Made by a program: the position numbers and the translations under genes
NCBI RefSeq assembly: GCF_036321535.1
Contig: NC_087436.1
Span: forward strand, 48,300,001-48,364,000
Reading direction: 5' to 3'
From: Camelus dromedarius
Lineage: Eukaryota
Length of the DNA: 64,000 nt
Notes under the pieces: generated by a model
Databases searched by the model: none
Told to the model about the DNA's origin: nothing
What the model saw: only the letters and a program-made list of their open reading frames with translations
Shown here: one piece after another, positions 40,525 through 53,537 of the stretch
How the letters are laid out: each line of letters begins with the position of its first letter
Position numbering within the stretch: the stretch's first letter is position 1

Positions 40525-43500
40525 TTTTTGTATTGGGATGTCTTTTCCTTATTTATTAGTAAAATGTCTATATATATATTCTTGACATTAATCCTTTGCT
40601 CTCTATGTCAGAAACATCTCTCATTCTTGTTTATCACATCTTTTGTTGTTTAATAATTTAATATTTCAATGTAGTTAAATGTATCAAATACTCCTTCATT
40701 GTTTGTTCTTTTTTGTGTGACTTGTTAAAGATAGCTTCTCTACCCAAACGTAATGAAGATACTCTTTATGTTCTTCAAAAAATTATGAAGTCTTTAACCA
40801 AATGGAATAGAATATGTGCACATCTTTTTTTCACATTTGGATATGCAATTGTTCCGATACCACTTATTATAGTTTGTTGTATTGTACGGACACCTCTCTC
40901 ATTAACTGAAATCCCATACATGCAAGGTCTGTGTGATTTGTTGTTTGTTCACTTCTGTTTTCTTTTTTGTCTTTCTGATATATTTCACCTTTTCTGAGCT
41001 AACATCCTAGTGTTACATTCTATAGGTATATAAGTAAGTCTTGATAACTAGTATGGGAAGTGTGTCCTCTTCCTCCTTCTTCTTCCTCTTCAGAATTAAC
41101 TCAGCTCTTTTTGGACTTATTTCATATTAATTTTTGAATCATTTTTTTCAAATCCCATGAAAAACACTGCTGAAATTTTAATTGAAATAACATTGAATTT
41201 ATAGATAAATTTGGGCGAGTTTAACTCTTTATGCTGCTGAATCTTCATACCCATGAACATAGTACACATTTACACTTACATAATCAAGTCTCCTAAATGC
41301 TTCAGAACTATGTTATAGTTTTACCCTTGTAAAACTTGAATATCTGTTATCAATTTATTTCAGTTATCCTATTTGATATGTTATATTGCAAATGCTTTCA
41401 AGAAATTTCTATAACACTTTCAAGGTGTTTATTGCTATTGTATACAAATATGGATTTACATATAAATCTTATCCCCACCATTTAGCTGATAGATTCACTA
41501 GTTGTTGTGTGATTATATGTTTGTATAACCTTTGTGTGTATATATACATCCTTGCATGTACATAAACATGTATCATAGATATTCACATATATATCATCAA
41601 GCTTGTTGTCTGGTTGGCTACATAAGTTTTATGAAACATTCTAAGAAGATAGATAGTTACATCTTAAAACTCAGATTATTAAATACCAAAATTGTTTTAG
41701 TTTGCTAGAAAGATGTATTAAGGCAACACTTTGCAAAAGCATGGTATTAATTACCAGGAAAAACATAGAAAATATCACAGAAATCCCTGCTGTCATCAAG
41801 TTTAATACACAGTTGTCTTCTCAGCAACACAAAATGATCTCACAAAAATTAACATCAACAATAATAATAATGACTAAATTGTATTGAGATCCTGTTGAGC
41901 TTTTATTGAGCTTTTTGAGCTAAGAACAAGTACTTTTCCCAAAACTTGACTGTTCTAATTCATGTAATCCTCACAATAAGGTAAGAAAGCTAAACAAAAG
42001 TTAGTTTGCCTAAGCACACTACTGGAAAGTGGAAGCACTTTTGAGTTTTTTTGAACTGAGAATGTGGAATATTAATTAGTCTTTTCTTCTCTACTGCAGA
42101 TGCTTAACCATAATTCTGAGACAACAGGACATTCCTTTGGGTTCCTAGCACCACCCTGGTATATGTATTTTGCTTTACATTGATTTTATCATACTGTGGT
42201 CTTCACCGTAAGTAATTGTAGCTAAAGATAAACACTTTGTTTCCACTTAAATTTGTACCATCTCCACATGCTCCTCATAGATATTAAAAAGCATTCTCAG
42301 TTAAATTCATTTTTAAGGCTTTTAAAAATTTGACATGCTAGTTGATTCAAATTCATCTTAAATCATTGCTTTCTTTGAAAAACCCAAGAACTCTTACTAA
42401 CTTTTAAATGAAAATCATATATGATATTTTATGTTTATATTAGGAAACCAAAGTCCTAGGAGGCTATAAAAGTCCCACAGTTCAAAGTCTGATGAAGAGT
42501 CAAGAGGTGGAATTGTGCGTCCATTGATTTCTAGCTAAGCTCATTGTTTGATCTTCCATAAAACACAGATGGAGATCTGACACCTCAGTAATATTGAAGA
42601 TTAGCTTAAATAATGTTTATCAAGTGATATAGTACTATCATTTCTTCAAAAAGAAGTTAAAATAACACCACACCCCCATCCCTGTTCTGGATCTAATTTG
42701 ATTCCCTATGTAGTAACAGAGAGCTTCAATTTGGGAATATGTAGAAATCCAGTCCTAAATAAGTCAATTAAAAAGTTATCTCCCAAAATTTTATAATCTT
42801 GTTAGTTGAAGTTGATTTTGTTTCCACACATTTTCATGGGTTCTACTTCCAAACTTTGTTGTGGGGAGCCCTAGCTGTGTAATGCAGATGCCCTTGGGAC
42901 TATTTGAGTGCACAGGTCAAAAGGAGATCCCGCTGCTGGAGATCTGGTCCCCCCCCCCCCTTACTCTCTTTATGCAGAGCAGCTCTCCTTTTATCTGTGA
43001 TAGACACTGGGCAGAGCAATAAGACTGCATTAAAGTAATGGTTTTAAATCCACTGTTTCAGGTCATCTAATCAGCAAAATATCTTCTTATCTAATTGTAC
43101 ACCTTTTATTCTAAGCCTGTATAGTACAAGTCAGTTATAAAACAATAGACCACTCTGAGGTCAAAAGTAATAGGCTTGCCTCTCTGAAAGAAAGCCATTT
43201 CTCAGAAAGTATTGAATAAAGATTATGCAGTGCTACATTTATTTGTTTGATGCCTTACATAGAGTTTAGTGCCTTAAGAGCTGTACTGGAAACATCCTCT
43301 ATAAATTCCCCAGAGTACCCTAAAGAACTGGTGTAATTCAGTCTGAGCTTTTAGTTATTTCTGGCATCTTCAATTTACTTGGCTTTGGTCCTGATACTTA
43401 ATACTTGATTCTATTTCTGGCTGACATAAACAATATATTCACACCCATAAACACAAAAATAATTTTAAATCCACATCAGACTTGTAATTCAGTTCAACAA

Positions 43501-43614
43501 AAGCAAGATTTTGTGACATTCTGCCTTTAGATGTTTTGTTGTGCCATGTGTTGAAAGCATTTAGCATTAATCTAAGATATGTGTTCAGAGTAGAACCTCT
43601 CTGGTAATGACGCT

Positions 43615-43860
43615 GAGGTTAGAAGTAAGCAAGAGTTGTAGACAGGAGCTCTGAAGTATGAACCTCTACCCCTCCGCTTGTTAGCTGTGAGACCCTGTTA
43701 GCGACCTAACATTCCTGTACCTCAGAGACAATAATGGTACCTACTTCAAAGGCTGTTGCAAGGGTTAAATGCAAAAATACATGTAAACCATGTGGAAAAG
43801 CCTCTATTATGTATCTTTTATACAGTAAGAGTTCAATCAAGTTATGGTACATGACTAATG
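43615..43860 (+). mobile_element. MIR SINE
   Basis: ttagctgtgagacc...ataatggtacctacttca..ggctgttgcaagggttaaatg. Confidence 0.65.
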
Positions 43861-45219
43861 TTATAAACTGTGCTATATCACTCTTCCATTTTTTATAGTT
43901 TCTGTTTGCCAACAATAGAGCATGATTTGACCTGTAAGACAACTGAATCTATGCTATAATTACTTTTAGACACAAATGGCCCAGATTATCCAATTAACAT
44001 CAGAATTTTTAATTAAGAAATATTGGGTGCCCATTAAAATTTCTATGTTTTTGAATTAACATTTAGTTAATCTTTGGTTTTCAAAATCTCATAAAGTCAT
44101 TTTTTTCTCTACTATTTCCTGGGACTCAACCTCCCCATTAGGCACTTTCTAATCTTCCAACATTAGCAACATTTAAACCCCTCCTTTGTCATCAGTTTTG
44201 TTTGTTTTGTTTTCTTTCTTCTGTAGGTCATCTTTTATAATAGAAACACAAAATTTAAAAAGAAGAAAACCTAAAAGAATAGGCATGCTGTTTGGCTCCG
44301 CTCAGCCAGACTTCACTTGGCAGAGTGTTGCACGTTCTGATGAGGCATCCTTGATACACCTGTCAATTCTTCGTTCAATTCCGGGACTACTGTTTCCCTG
44401 CTTGTCTCATTATCATCTATCATCCTTGTTCTTGAGAGTGAACACATTTTGAGGAATTATGCCACCTAAGAAAAAGTTCTCCCCCTCTTCTGCCAAGTGC
44501 CAAGGAAAGGTCTGTCATTAGATGAGGCAGCTAGAGTGAAAGAAGAAATACTTGTTGTCCCTGTGAAATAATAATCAGAATGAAGTACATATAAATGACA
44601 TCTGGGGTTTGACTACTCTTGAAGGAAACAATATTTATCAAGTGACATGTCAGATTGTTTGAGTCATAATTAGTACTTTATAAAAACTAATTTTGGAGAG
44701 AGTGTAGCCACCCACATAAAAGACAACAAAGCCAGAAAGCTTGGCAAATTGTTTGAGCTGTCTCACACTTGCTTTGCTCTCATTAGTGGCTTTGGTAACT
44801 GGCTGGTCCATTATAAATCTCATTTAACTTCATCTTCAAATAAAGTTTTCTGGGTTCTCATCCTCCATGCTTTGGAATAATGTACCTATACAAAAGTGTG
44901 AAGAGGTCTTCTTGTCCTCAATAAGCATCGCCCCTCAGATTTCAGGCAAAGATTGACAATTCAATATGTGCTCCTATAACTCAACTGAATTCATCTCTCT
45001 GTGGACCTATCACACAAGGGTATAATTTTATTTATTTTTATCATATTCTGCACTTTCATAAGAAGGAAGTTTATATTAATGAGTATACCACCTATAGAAG
45101 ATATGGTTTCTTGAAAATCTAAGTTTGCTTTCAAATAAAATTTTAAAATAATAATACCAAACACTTAAAGTTATATTATATTTGTTATCCTAGCATAATT
45201 ATTTAAAATGCCCCTTTCA

Positions 45220-45490
45220 AAGTAGACTCACAGATATAGAGAACAAACCAGTAGTTAACAGTGGGGAGAGGGAAGGGGGGAGGGGCAACATAGAGGTAGG
45301 GGATTAAGGGGTACAAACTATTTCGTATAAATTAAGCTACAAGGATATATTATACAACACAGGGAATATAGCCAATATTTTATAATAACTATAAGTGGAG
45401 TATGACCTTTAAAAATTACAAGTCACAATATGGTACACCTGTGACATATAATACTGTAAATCAACTATACTTTAATAGAAAAAAAACGGA
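45220..45490 (+). mobile_element. Short L1 3'UTR fragment
   Basis: agactcacagatatagagaacaaac...tgtaaatcaactatactttaat followed by an A-tail. Confidence 0.85.
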
Positions 45491-46911
45491 GAAATAACTA
45501 AATAGATAGCCCCTTTTCATCTTCATATGCTTCAAATTGATTCCACTTTGGGTGATCAATTAGATGTTCACTTTATTTATATAACATTTACTAGGTGTTC
45601 TATGCAACTTACATATATGAACTAATTAAACCTTCATAACATCTCAGTAAGGTAGGTGCTGTTGTTACCTTACTGTATAGATGAGAAAAACAGCACAGAG
45701 CGATTAGGAAAATTGCCCAAGGACAAACAGAAATACATAGAAAGGATGGAATCTGAACCCCAAGCAGTCTAGTTCCATACATCTTCTATCGTACCCTTCA
45801 AGCGATTGTAGATCCCGTAAGGTTTGATACTTGTTTTCCTTTTCCCCTTTGTTATACTTTGAAATGATCATGTGGTTGCTCATGAGGATAACCTTTGGGC
45901 ATTCCCAAAAAACAATTCACACACGAACTTAAGGCCCCCAAATGCTTTGATACCCCGAAGTGTTTAGATCCAAACCTTCCAGAATTGTTTGTCTGAATAA
46001 GGACTCTGGTGGATGGAAAAGGAGAAGGAAGAAGGAAGGCCTAAGTACTATCACCAGTTACTTTTGTAGGAAACCAAGTATTTATCCTCCCTGGGACCAT
46101 GCTGTAGAAAAATAGGTTGTGGAAATGAGAAGAGAGAGTGAGTTGACATTTAGAATTTAGAGATGACTAAACTGCACAACAAAGAGAAAGATAAATTTTC
46201 ATGTTTATGTAAAGATTATGATGTTTGAGCTAGGAAAGCATTCATTGCAAGAAGATGCTTATACAAGTGACTTAAAATAAAGGAGAGAGCTCAGCTCCTA
46301 CTCCCAGCACTGGAAGAAGCCAAGGCCATATTTCTCAGTCACTGCCAAGATCCACCCAAACGTATCAAGTCTGAGATCTTCAGTCACTTAAACATGTGTA
46401 AAAAGACAGATTCACATCCAGGGACTTGTGTTGAGAGAACTCTTCAGATCCTTTAAACTTGATCCAAGGAGAAATGGCTGCTATTCTGTTTCACTGAAAT
46501 TCTTACCTTAGCCATTACAGCTCATATTTCCAGACAGCTTTAGAAGGTTTTCTGAGGATATTTAAAAGTCCAAGAAAGGCATGGGGTCTTCTGTTTTTCA
46601 CCAGTTTCTATCTTTCCTAACCCCAATATGTTGTTGGGATTCTAAGTGTTCCCAGTTAACATCAGCAAAATCACAACAATTCTGTATTAAACATTTTTAG
46701 ACATAATTCATTCAAGAGTCTGTAGCTTTTTAGTTTCATTTTAAACAATTTTTTTTTATGTCTTTCTAATAAATTTTTTTTCTGTCTGAATTTGTTTTCT
46801 TCTTGGCCAGATCCTCTAAAATTACTAGGAATAATATGAAAGTATATGGAAACTTATTTGTAATTCAAACTTATTTCTAAGCTTTTTATTTCATACTTCA
46901 ATATACTTATG

Positions 46912-47445
46912 AAGTCCCCAAGGTCACCTCCAGGTTTGGTAACTTGTTAGAAGGACTCACAGAACTAAGCATATAGTCTTACTCATGGTTGATTTTTTAT
47001 GACAAAGGGATACAAAAGAGAATCAGCAAAAGGAAAAGGCATAGGGGGTGAGGTCCAGGGGAAATTAGGCACAAGCTTCCAAGGTCATCTCCTGAAGGAA
47101 TCACAAGGATATGCTTAATTTCCCCAGAAATGAGCTGTGACAATAAATGTGAAATGTTGCCTACCTGGAAAGCTTTTTAGGCCCATCACCAGGGCTTCCG
47201 TTTGGGGCTCATTATGTAGGTACCTTTTGCCTGGCATGTGCACAAATTCCAGACTTCCAGAAGGAAAGCAGGTGTTCAGCATAAACGATATTATGTATAG
47301 AAGTATTTTTGGCACAGAAAGCCATTCTAATGAGGGAATGATCGGAATTCTCCTGAAGTCCAAGTTGCCAGATGCCAGTCAAGGGCCAAACTTGTAAGCA
47401 GACCTTTCGAATGATAGCAGTCAAGCTTGTTCTTTTCTGCACACA
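46912..47445 (-). mobile_element. ERV LTR (MER68/MER77/MER21-group-like)
   Basis: gtccccaagg...ctagaagg-like actcacagaact...agatgccagtcaagggccaa...ttttctgcaca. Confidence 0.6.
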
Positions 47446-47727
47446 TTCCACAGCTCGATTTTCCACAGATAATAATAATTTAAAGAAGTCAAATTATTTT
47501 TTCATAATCATGTGTTTTTAGCTGGGTCAAATCCCAATTATTCCAGCTCTCTACCCAATAGTCTTTCCAGTAGATTACATAGCTCAGAACAGCATCTGAC
47601 AGCTAAGCAAGTAGATCGATTTAAACAAACTGAAGTGACTAACAGTCCAGGATGCAGTTATAACTTTTTGTCCTTCACATATAAACTGGAAATAATAATA
47701 GTCTCTAGATTAGCACTGTCTCACTTC

Positions 47728-47900
47728 CAGCAGCTGTGGGAATCTGTAATCCGTTCTGTCCAATTTAGTAGCCACTATCAGTATACGACTGTTTGGCACT
47801 TCAGATGTGGCGAGTGTGACTAAAGAAATGTTTGATTTTAATTAATTTTATTTTAAATATCCACATGTGGCTAGTAGCTACATATTGGAAGCACAGCTCC
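47728..47900 (+). mobile_element. MER3/MER33-like hAT MITE
   Basis: ctgtccaat..agtagccact...cacatgtggctagtagctac..attgga..cacagc internal inverted motifs. Confidence 0.7.
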
Positions 47901-48293
47901 AGATAATTTAAGACTTACTTTATTAAAGCAAACTATAGTGAATTTGTAGATTAAACAGCCCCTGGAACATAATAGTTTCCTTCGGATTTCCTGAGGACCA
48001 GACCAATACCACCATACGGTCCCCAAATGTCTTGATATCTTATGGCTTTAATCCAAACTTATAAAGTTTAACCAGGATAAAGAATATTCCAACACCACTG
48101 AATGGACTGTTTTGGGTTTTTTTTTTGTTTTTTTGTTTTTTGAGTCATTTAAAAAATAACCTACTGTCTAGAGATTGGTAGTAGTCCATCTGCACAAATT
48201 GTACTGATTAATAGCCCTCAGGAAAAGGAAGAGCAGGCATAGACTGGAGCAAATCAAGCAGTGAACCTCAATGTTTAATATCAGTTCACGTAC

Positions 48294-48312
48294 CTTTAGA
48301 GTTTACTGGTAA
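48294..48312 (-). CDS. Candidate 19-nt exon (LPVNSK)
   Basis: cttctcccttctcttttccatcag | TTACCAGTAAACTCTAAAG | gtacgt. Confidence 0.35.
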
Positions 48313-48667
48313 CTGATGGAAAAGAGAAGGGAGAAGAAGCAAGCACAACAGTTCTCCCCAAAAAGGTCTTTAATGAAATAAATAATTAACTTCAGCTTAC
48401 TCCAAATATTATAATGTTTGGTATACATACCTTCATAATATTGTATCCCCCAAATCCAGTAGAAACTGTTTTCATATATGCGCAAAACATAATAAAAATG
48501 ATAATATATAAAGTAAGCGAGGTCATTTTTAAAATACAGTAAAAGCTCTATTTTTATTTTCTATTGTATAAAAATCACAAATGTTTCATCATTATAAACT
48601 AAAAACAAATGAGTGCTGTCTTGTGGTGGCATTACCACTCCTAGATGATATTGTGAATTGGCCCCAC

Positions 48668-48752
48668 CTTCCAAAAAAGGTTTCTCTGTCCCATTCAGAA
48701 ACGCTTGTGACCTCAACCTCAGGCACTCTTTCAGACTTGGTTTCTGGTTTTG
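48668..48752 (-). CDS. Candidate 85-nt internal exon, unidentified
   Basis: ttttcttttgtacattctgaag | ... AAG | gtgggg. Open in two frames (KPETKSERVPEVEVTSVSEWDRETFFG or QNQKPSLKECLRLRSQAFLNGTEKPFLE). Confidence 0.3.
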
Positions 48753-49859
48753 CTTCAGAATGTACAAAAGAAAAATAAAAGCAAAACTGAAGAACTGGAG
48801 GTAGAAGGAAGGGCCTGAGATTATTTACCTGAAGGGAAATAAATGGCAGAGTGAAAAAGATTTCTATGAAAATAAATAAATATTGGTAGTAGGAAAAAAG
48901 ACTTCCAAAATTCATGAAGTGAAGTTGGCAGCCTAAGGAGAAAATAAAAGTCTACATACTGCAAGGTCTTCTTAAGGGAGAAGAAGGAATAACCACACAC
49001 ATTGATGTTTATCCTACTGGTACTGATAAATGAAGAAGGGATTAAGAATAAAAAGGGAATATATGGCTAAATCTATTTTATTCTACTTAATTCTAAAAAT
49101 GCTACAAAACATTTACTAATATGAAAAGGGCTTTCTTACTAATAAGTACAAAAAAAATCTTTCAGCTTAGAAAATGACACTCAAAACTAGGATGTTTGAT
49201 TGCAGTGAGAGTCAAATGGGATTTGCCCACAGATGAATCACAATAGTGTATGGTACTAAAACACAGTGATCCATGACAAGTGTTATAAAAGCTAAGTTAA
49301 AACCAAAGATTTCTTTATGGCAGGATTATTTAGAGTCCTTAATATGTTCACATGCATCGTGAATACACGAGACAGATTTGAGTTTCATGATTTTCTAAAC
49401 TTTTATGGGTAAGGAACCACTTTTTCCTACCCTTTGGAATATATCCAAGTACTACTCTTCTACAAGATCATTTTGAGAAACATTACTTTTATTCAGTAGT
49501 TCCAGATCATTTTCACTGAAGAAGCCTTTCAGCATCTTGTCTCATTTGTTCTACCTGGATATGTTATCACAAAAGGAAAGTATACATACAACTAAGGGAG
49601 CTATTTTACTGCTAAATGAGAACTTGCCCTATTGAGTATAAGTTGGACACCACTTAATGTTGCCAACACAACCAATGACTTCTTTTAAGACTTTTTATTG
49701 TAGCAGGGGACTAAAACTCCCATTCATAGACTTTAGGAATGCTAACAAAGTCTTTTCCAAAAACAGCTTACAAAATCAAGGAATATGGCAATAATTTTCA
49801 ATTGGATGACTCCTGGTAATATAGATACACTATATAAAGAGGTCCTGGTGGATAGATAA

Positions 49860-50275
49860 TATGTGGCACAGATTGGGTAGCTGTTCACCAAATTATTTCA
49901 CTTTTCTCCTAGCTCTGAAACTAAGATGCATTTTCTGGTTTCCTTTAATTTTGAATGTTATCATCTGATTAATTTCTCACTAGTGAAATGTGGATGAAAT
50001 GATGTACAGAACCTCCAGGTTTGGCTCATAGACACTGTCTACATGATCATACACTCTCTTTTTCCCCAGTTCAGAAGCAGGAGTTGATGCCCATAAAGAC
50101 TTGGAAGGCATGGACTGAAAAAGAGTCTCGCTCAGCCTGAGTTCCTGAGTAACAGCATGGAGCAGAGGTCACCCTCTACTACCATCACCTCTGACTAGAC
50201 TTAACATGAACAAAAAAGAAAGAATTGTTATAAGTTACCGAGATTTCAGGTTTATTGCTTATAGTATAAATAGCT
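49860..50275 (+). mobile_element. Old MaLR LTR (MLT1I/J-like)
   Basis: tgtggcaca...gcctgagttcctgagt...atggagcagag...tgttataagttaccgagatttc. Confidence 0.6.
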
Positions 50276-50944
50276 CTACTTTAATTATCAAAGGAGGACT
50301 CAGAGTTGTTTGCAACCAGAGGCCTTCTTAAATTTGACTAAACTTTTAAATTTTGTAAAGTACTTGTATTTTTCTTTTTCATGATGCTTCATATCTTGTT
50401 TATTTATTTTCCACATATTTGGAGAATCTGTGAGGGAAAAAAAAGCAATGCTTACAGAATGAGAAAGCCTGCCATTTATTCTCAGCTACTTGCTAATTGA
50501 TTTTGAGTGTGTCACTTACACTTAAATGTCTCCGAATCATCTTTGACTCTTTGATTCCCTTTTATGAAACATGCTCCAACTTTCTCACCATCCCCACTCC
50601 CACATACTCCCCTAAGGCATCCTCTTTGCCTTTTTGACCTAAGCTTTTTTCTGATTCTGACTTTGCTCTTCTTATCCTGACTTTCTCTAGTACAATTTTC
50701 TCGTTCTGGATTAAGGCAACACGACTCCACTCTAATTATGTTTTCTCTCTTTAACATCCTCATTCAAATCATTGGTTGAGATGAAACTCCTCTACAGCAC
50801 TAGACCATCTACTCTCTCTTGCTCCATGTATTCGGCTCAGCATCAGTCTCCTCAACTACGTTGTGACTAAATACATAGCATCCAACTTCCAGATATGATG
50901 CCAGGACTCAAGTCCAGGCCTTCTGTTACCAAGACAGACAATAC

Positions 50945-53485
50945 GTTGGGCAATAAAACAAGCCACAACAAATTTTAAAAGAATTTAAATAATACACAAT
51001 GTGTTCTCTAACAATGATAGAATCAAGCCAGAAATCAATAACTGAAGATCAATAGGAAAATCTCTAAACATGTGTCAATTAAGCAACACATCTAAATAAT
51101 CTATGGGTCAAAGAGAAATAGGAAAAAAGTTTAAATGTGTGGAACACAATGAAATTGAAAATACAACATGTTAAAATATGTGGGCTGTAGCTAAAGCAGC
51201 AGCACCAAGAAAGGTATTTTTAGCACTAAATAAATGTTTACATTAAAAATAAGCAAAGGTTGCAAGTCAATAATCTAAGTTCCTGACTCACAAATCTAGA
51301 AAAGAAAGAGAAAAATAAAGCTGAAACAAGTTGGGGGAAGGAAATATTAAAGATAAGCAGAAATCAAGGAAATTGAAATAAGTAAAACAATAGAGATCAT
51401 CAATGAAACAAAAGACTATCTTTTTACAAAATAAATAAATAAATAAATAAATAAAACCAAAAATGGGCAGACGACCTAAACAAGCAATTTTTCAATGAAG
51501 ACATACAAATGGCCAACAGGCCCATGGGAAAATACTCAATATCGCTAATTATCAGAGAAATGCAAATCAAAACTACAATAAGGTATCACCTCACACCAGT
51601 CAGAATGGCCATCATTCAAAAGTCCATGAACGATAAATGCTGGAGGGGGTGTGGAGTAAGGGAACCCTCATACACTGCTGGTAGGAATGTAGCTTGGTAC
51701 AGCCATTATGGAAAACAGTGCAGAGATTCCTCAAAAAACTAAAAATAGATTTATCATATGATCCAGAAATCCCACTCCTGGGCATATATCCAGAGGCAAC
51801 TCTAATTCAAAAAGGTACATGTACCTCAATGTTCATAGCAGCACTATATACAATAGCCAAGACATGGAAGCAACCAAAACGTCCATCAACAGATGACTGG
51901 ATAAAGAAGATGTGGTATATTTATACAATGTAATGCTACTCAGCCATAAAAAAAGAATAAAATCATGACATTTGCAGCAACATGGATGGACCTAGAGATC
52001 ATCATTCTAAGTGAAGTAAGTCAGAAAGAGAAAGAAAAATACCATATGATATCATTCATATATGGAATCTAAAAAAAAAGAGGACACTAATGAACTCATC
52101 TACAAAACAGAAACAGACTTGCAGACATAGTGAACAATCTTATGGTTATCTGGGGAATGGGGGTGGGAAGGGATAAACTTGGGAGTTTGGAATTTTCAAA
52201 TGTTAGCCACTATACATAAAAATGAATTAAAATCAACAAACTTCTGTATAGCACAGGGAACTATTCAATATCTTATAATAACGTTTAATGAAAAAGACTG
52301 AAAACAAATATACGTATGTATATGCATGACTGGGACATTGCACTGTACACCAGAAACTGACACATTGTAATGACTGTAATTCAATAGTAAAAGAAAAATT
52401 TTGAATGAACAATCCAATGGAAAATCAGCCAAAGATATGAACAGGTATTTTACAAAAGAGAATATGAAAATGATAAGTTAGTACATGAAAATGTTCAGTA
52501 TCATTAGCCATTAGGGCAATTCAAATCAAAACCACAATGAATTATCACTACACACCTGTCAGAATGGCTTATGTAAAAAAAAAATAGTGACATCAAATGC
52601 TGACAAGGAGGCAGAGAAGCTGGATCACTCATACATTGTTAGTGGGAATGTAAATGTTCCAATCACTCTGAAAAAAGTTAGGCAATTTCTTATAAAGTGA
52701 AACATTCAATTACTATATGACCCAGCAGTTTCACTCTTAAGCATTTATCCTATAGAAATAAAAACTTATGTTCACATAGAAAATGAATAGATGATGTTTA
52801 TGGCAGCTTTATTCATAATACCCAGAATGTAGGATAAAAACGTTGATATTCTATATGAAGAATGGTTAAACAAATTGTGGTAATATATACAACACGTACA
52901 TGTAATACATGTACCACATAAGACTACTCAGCAATAAAAAGGAAAAACTATTAATGCTGACAGCAATGTGAATGAATTCTCACAGTTTATGCTGAATGAA
53001 AAAAAATCCCCCCAAATTATGTGCTGTATGATTCAAAACACACACACATATACATATATACACAAATATATTTTGGTAATGATAAAATTTTAGAAAAGAG
53101 GAACAGATTAGTGATTTCTAGCGATTAGGGACAGAATGGGGTGAGGTGAAGGTGGAAAGGATAGAAGGAGCTGCGTGTGGTTATTACCTAAGCACAATAA
53201 ACCAAAGGTATCCTAGTAGTGATGGAACAGTTCTATATCTTGACTATGCTGTGGGACACAAAACTTACACAAGTTATATAGAACCAAATACACACACACG
53301 CACAAAGTACAAGTAAAACTAGTGAAATCTCAATCAGTGGATTATATCAATATCAACATTCAGACTGTGACATAATTTTGCAAGATTTTCCACTGGGTAA
53401 AGGATACATGGGATTGCTCTGCATTATTTCATCAACTACATATAAATCTACAAAATTTTCAGTAAAAATTTCAATTTAAAAAAAT
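50945..53485 (+). mobile_element. Composite L1 array: old L1M ORF2 and 3'UTR with a younger L1 3' end (~51455-52395) inside
   Basis: ORF2-like text at 50945-51425, (TAAA)n, young ORF2 tail (ORFs 51509-51933), then an old L1MC/MD-type 3' end. Confidence 0.8.
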
Positions 53486-53537
53486 GCACAGCCTTGCTAC
53501 CAATAATCACTTTCCTCCACCAATATTAGCAACACCT

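Larger units (their letters stand above)
37990..41500 (-). mobile_element. Old L1M element (3'UTR and ORF2) hosting two later insertions
   Basis: Degenerate L1 antisense text (atcctttgcccatt, attgaatttatagataaatttggg) continues across 38344-39456 and 40044-40524. Confidence 0.7.

Noticed and set aside
46507..46551. 45-nt minus-strand exon candidate with a strong donor
   Set aside because: It has stops in all three frames.
4247..48295. 11-mer TTCACGTACCT found three times (~4247, ~20547, ~48285)
   Set aside because: A few triple 11-mers are expected by chance in 64 kb, one copy is inside a transposon, and the flanks are unrelated.
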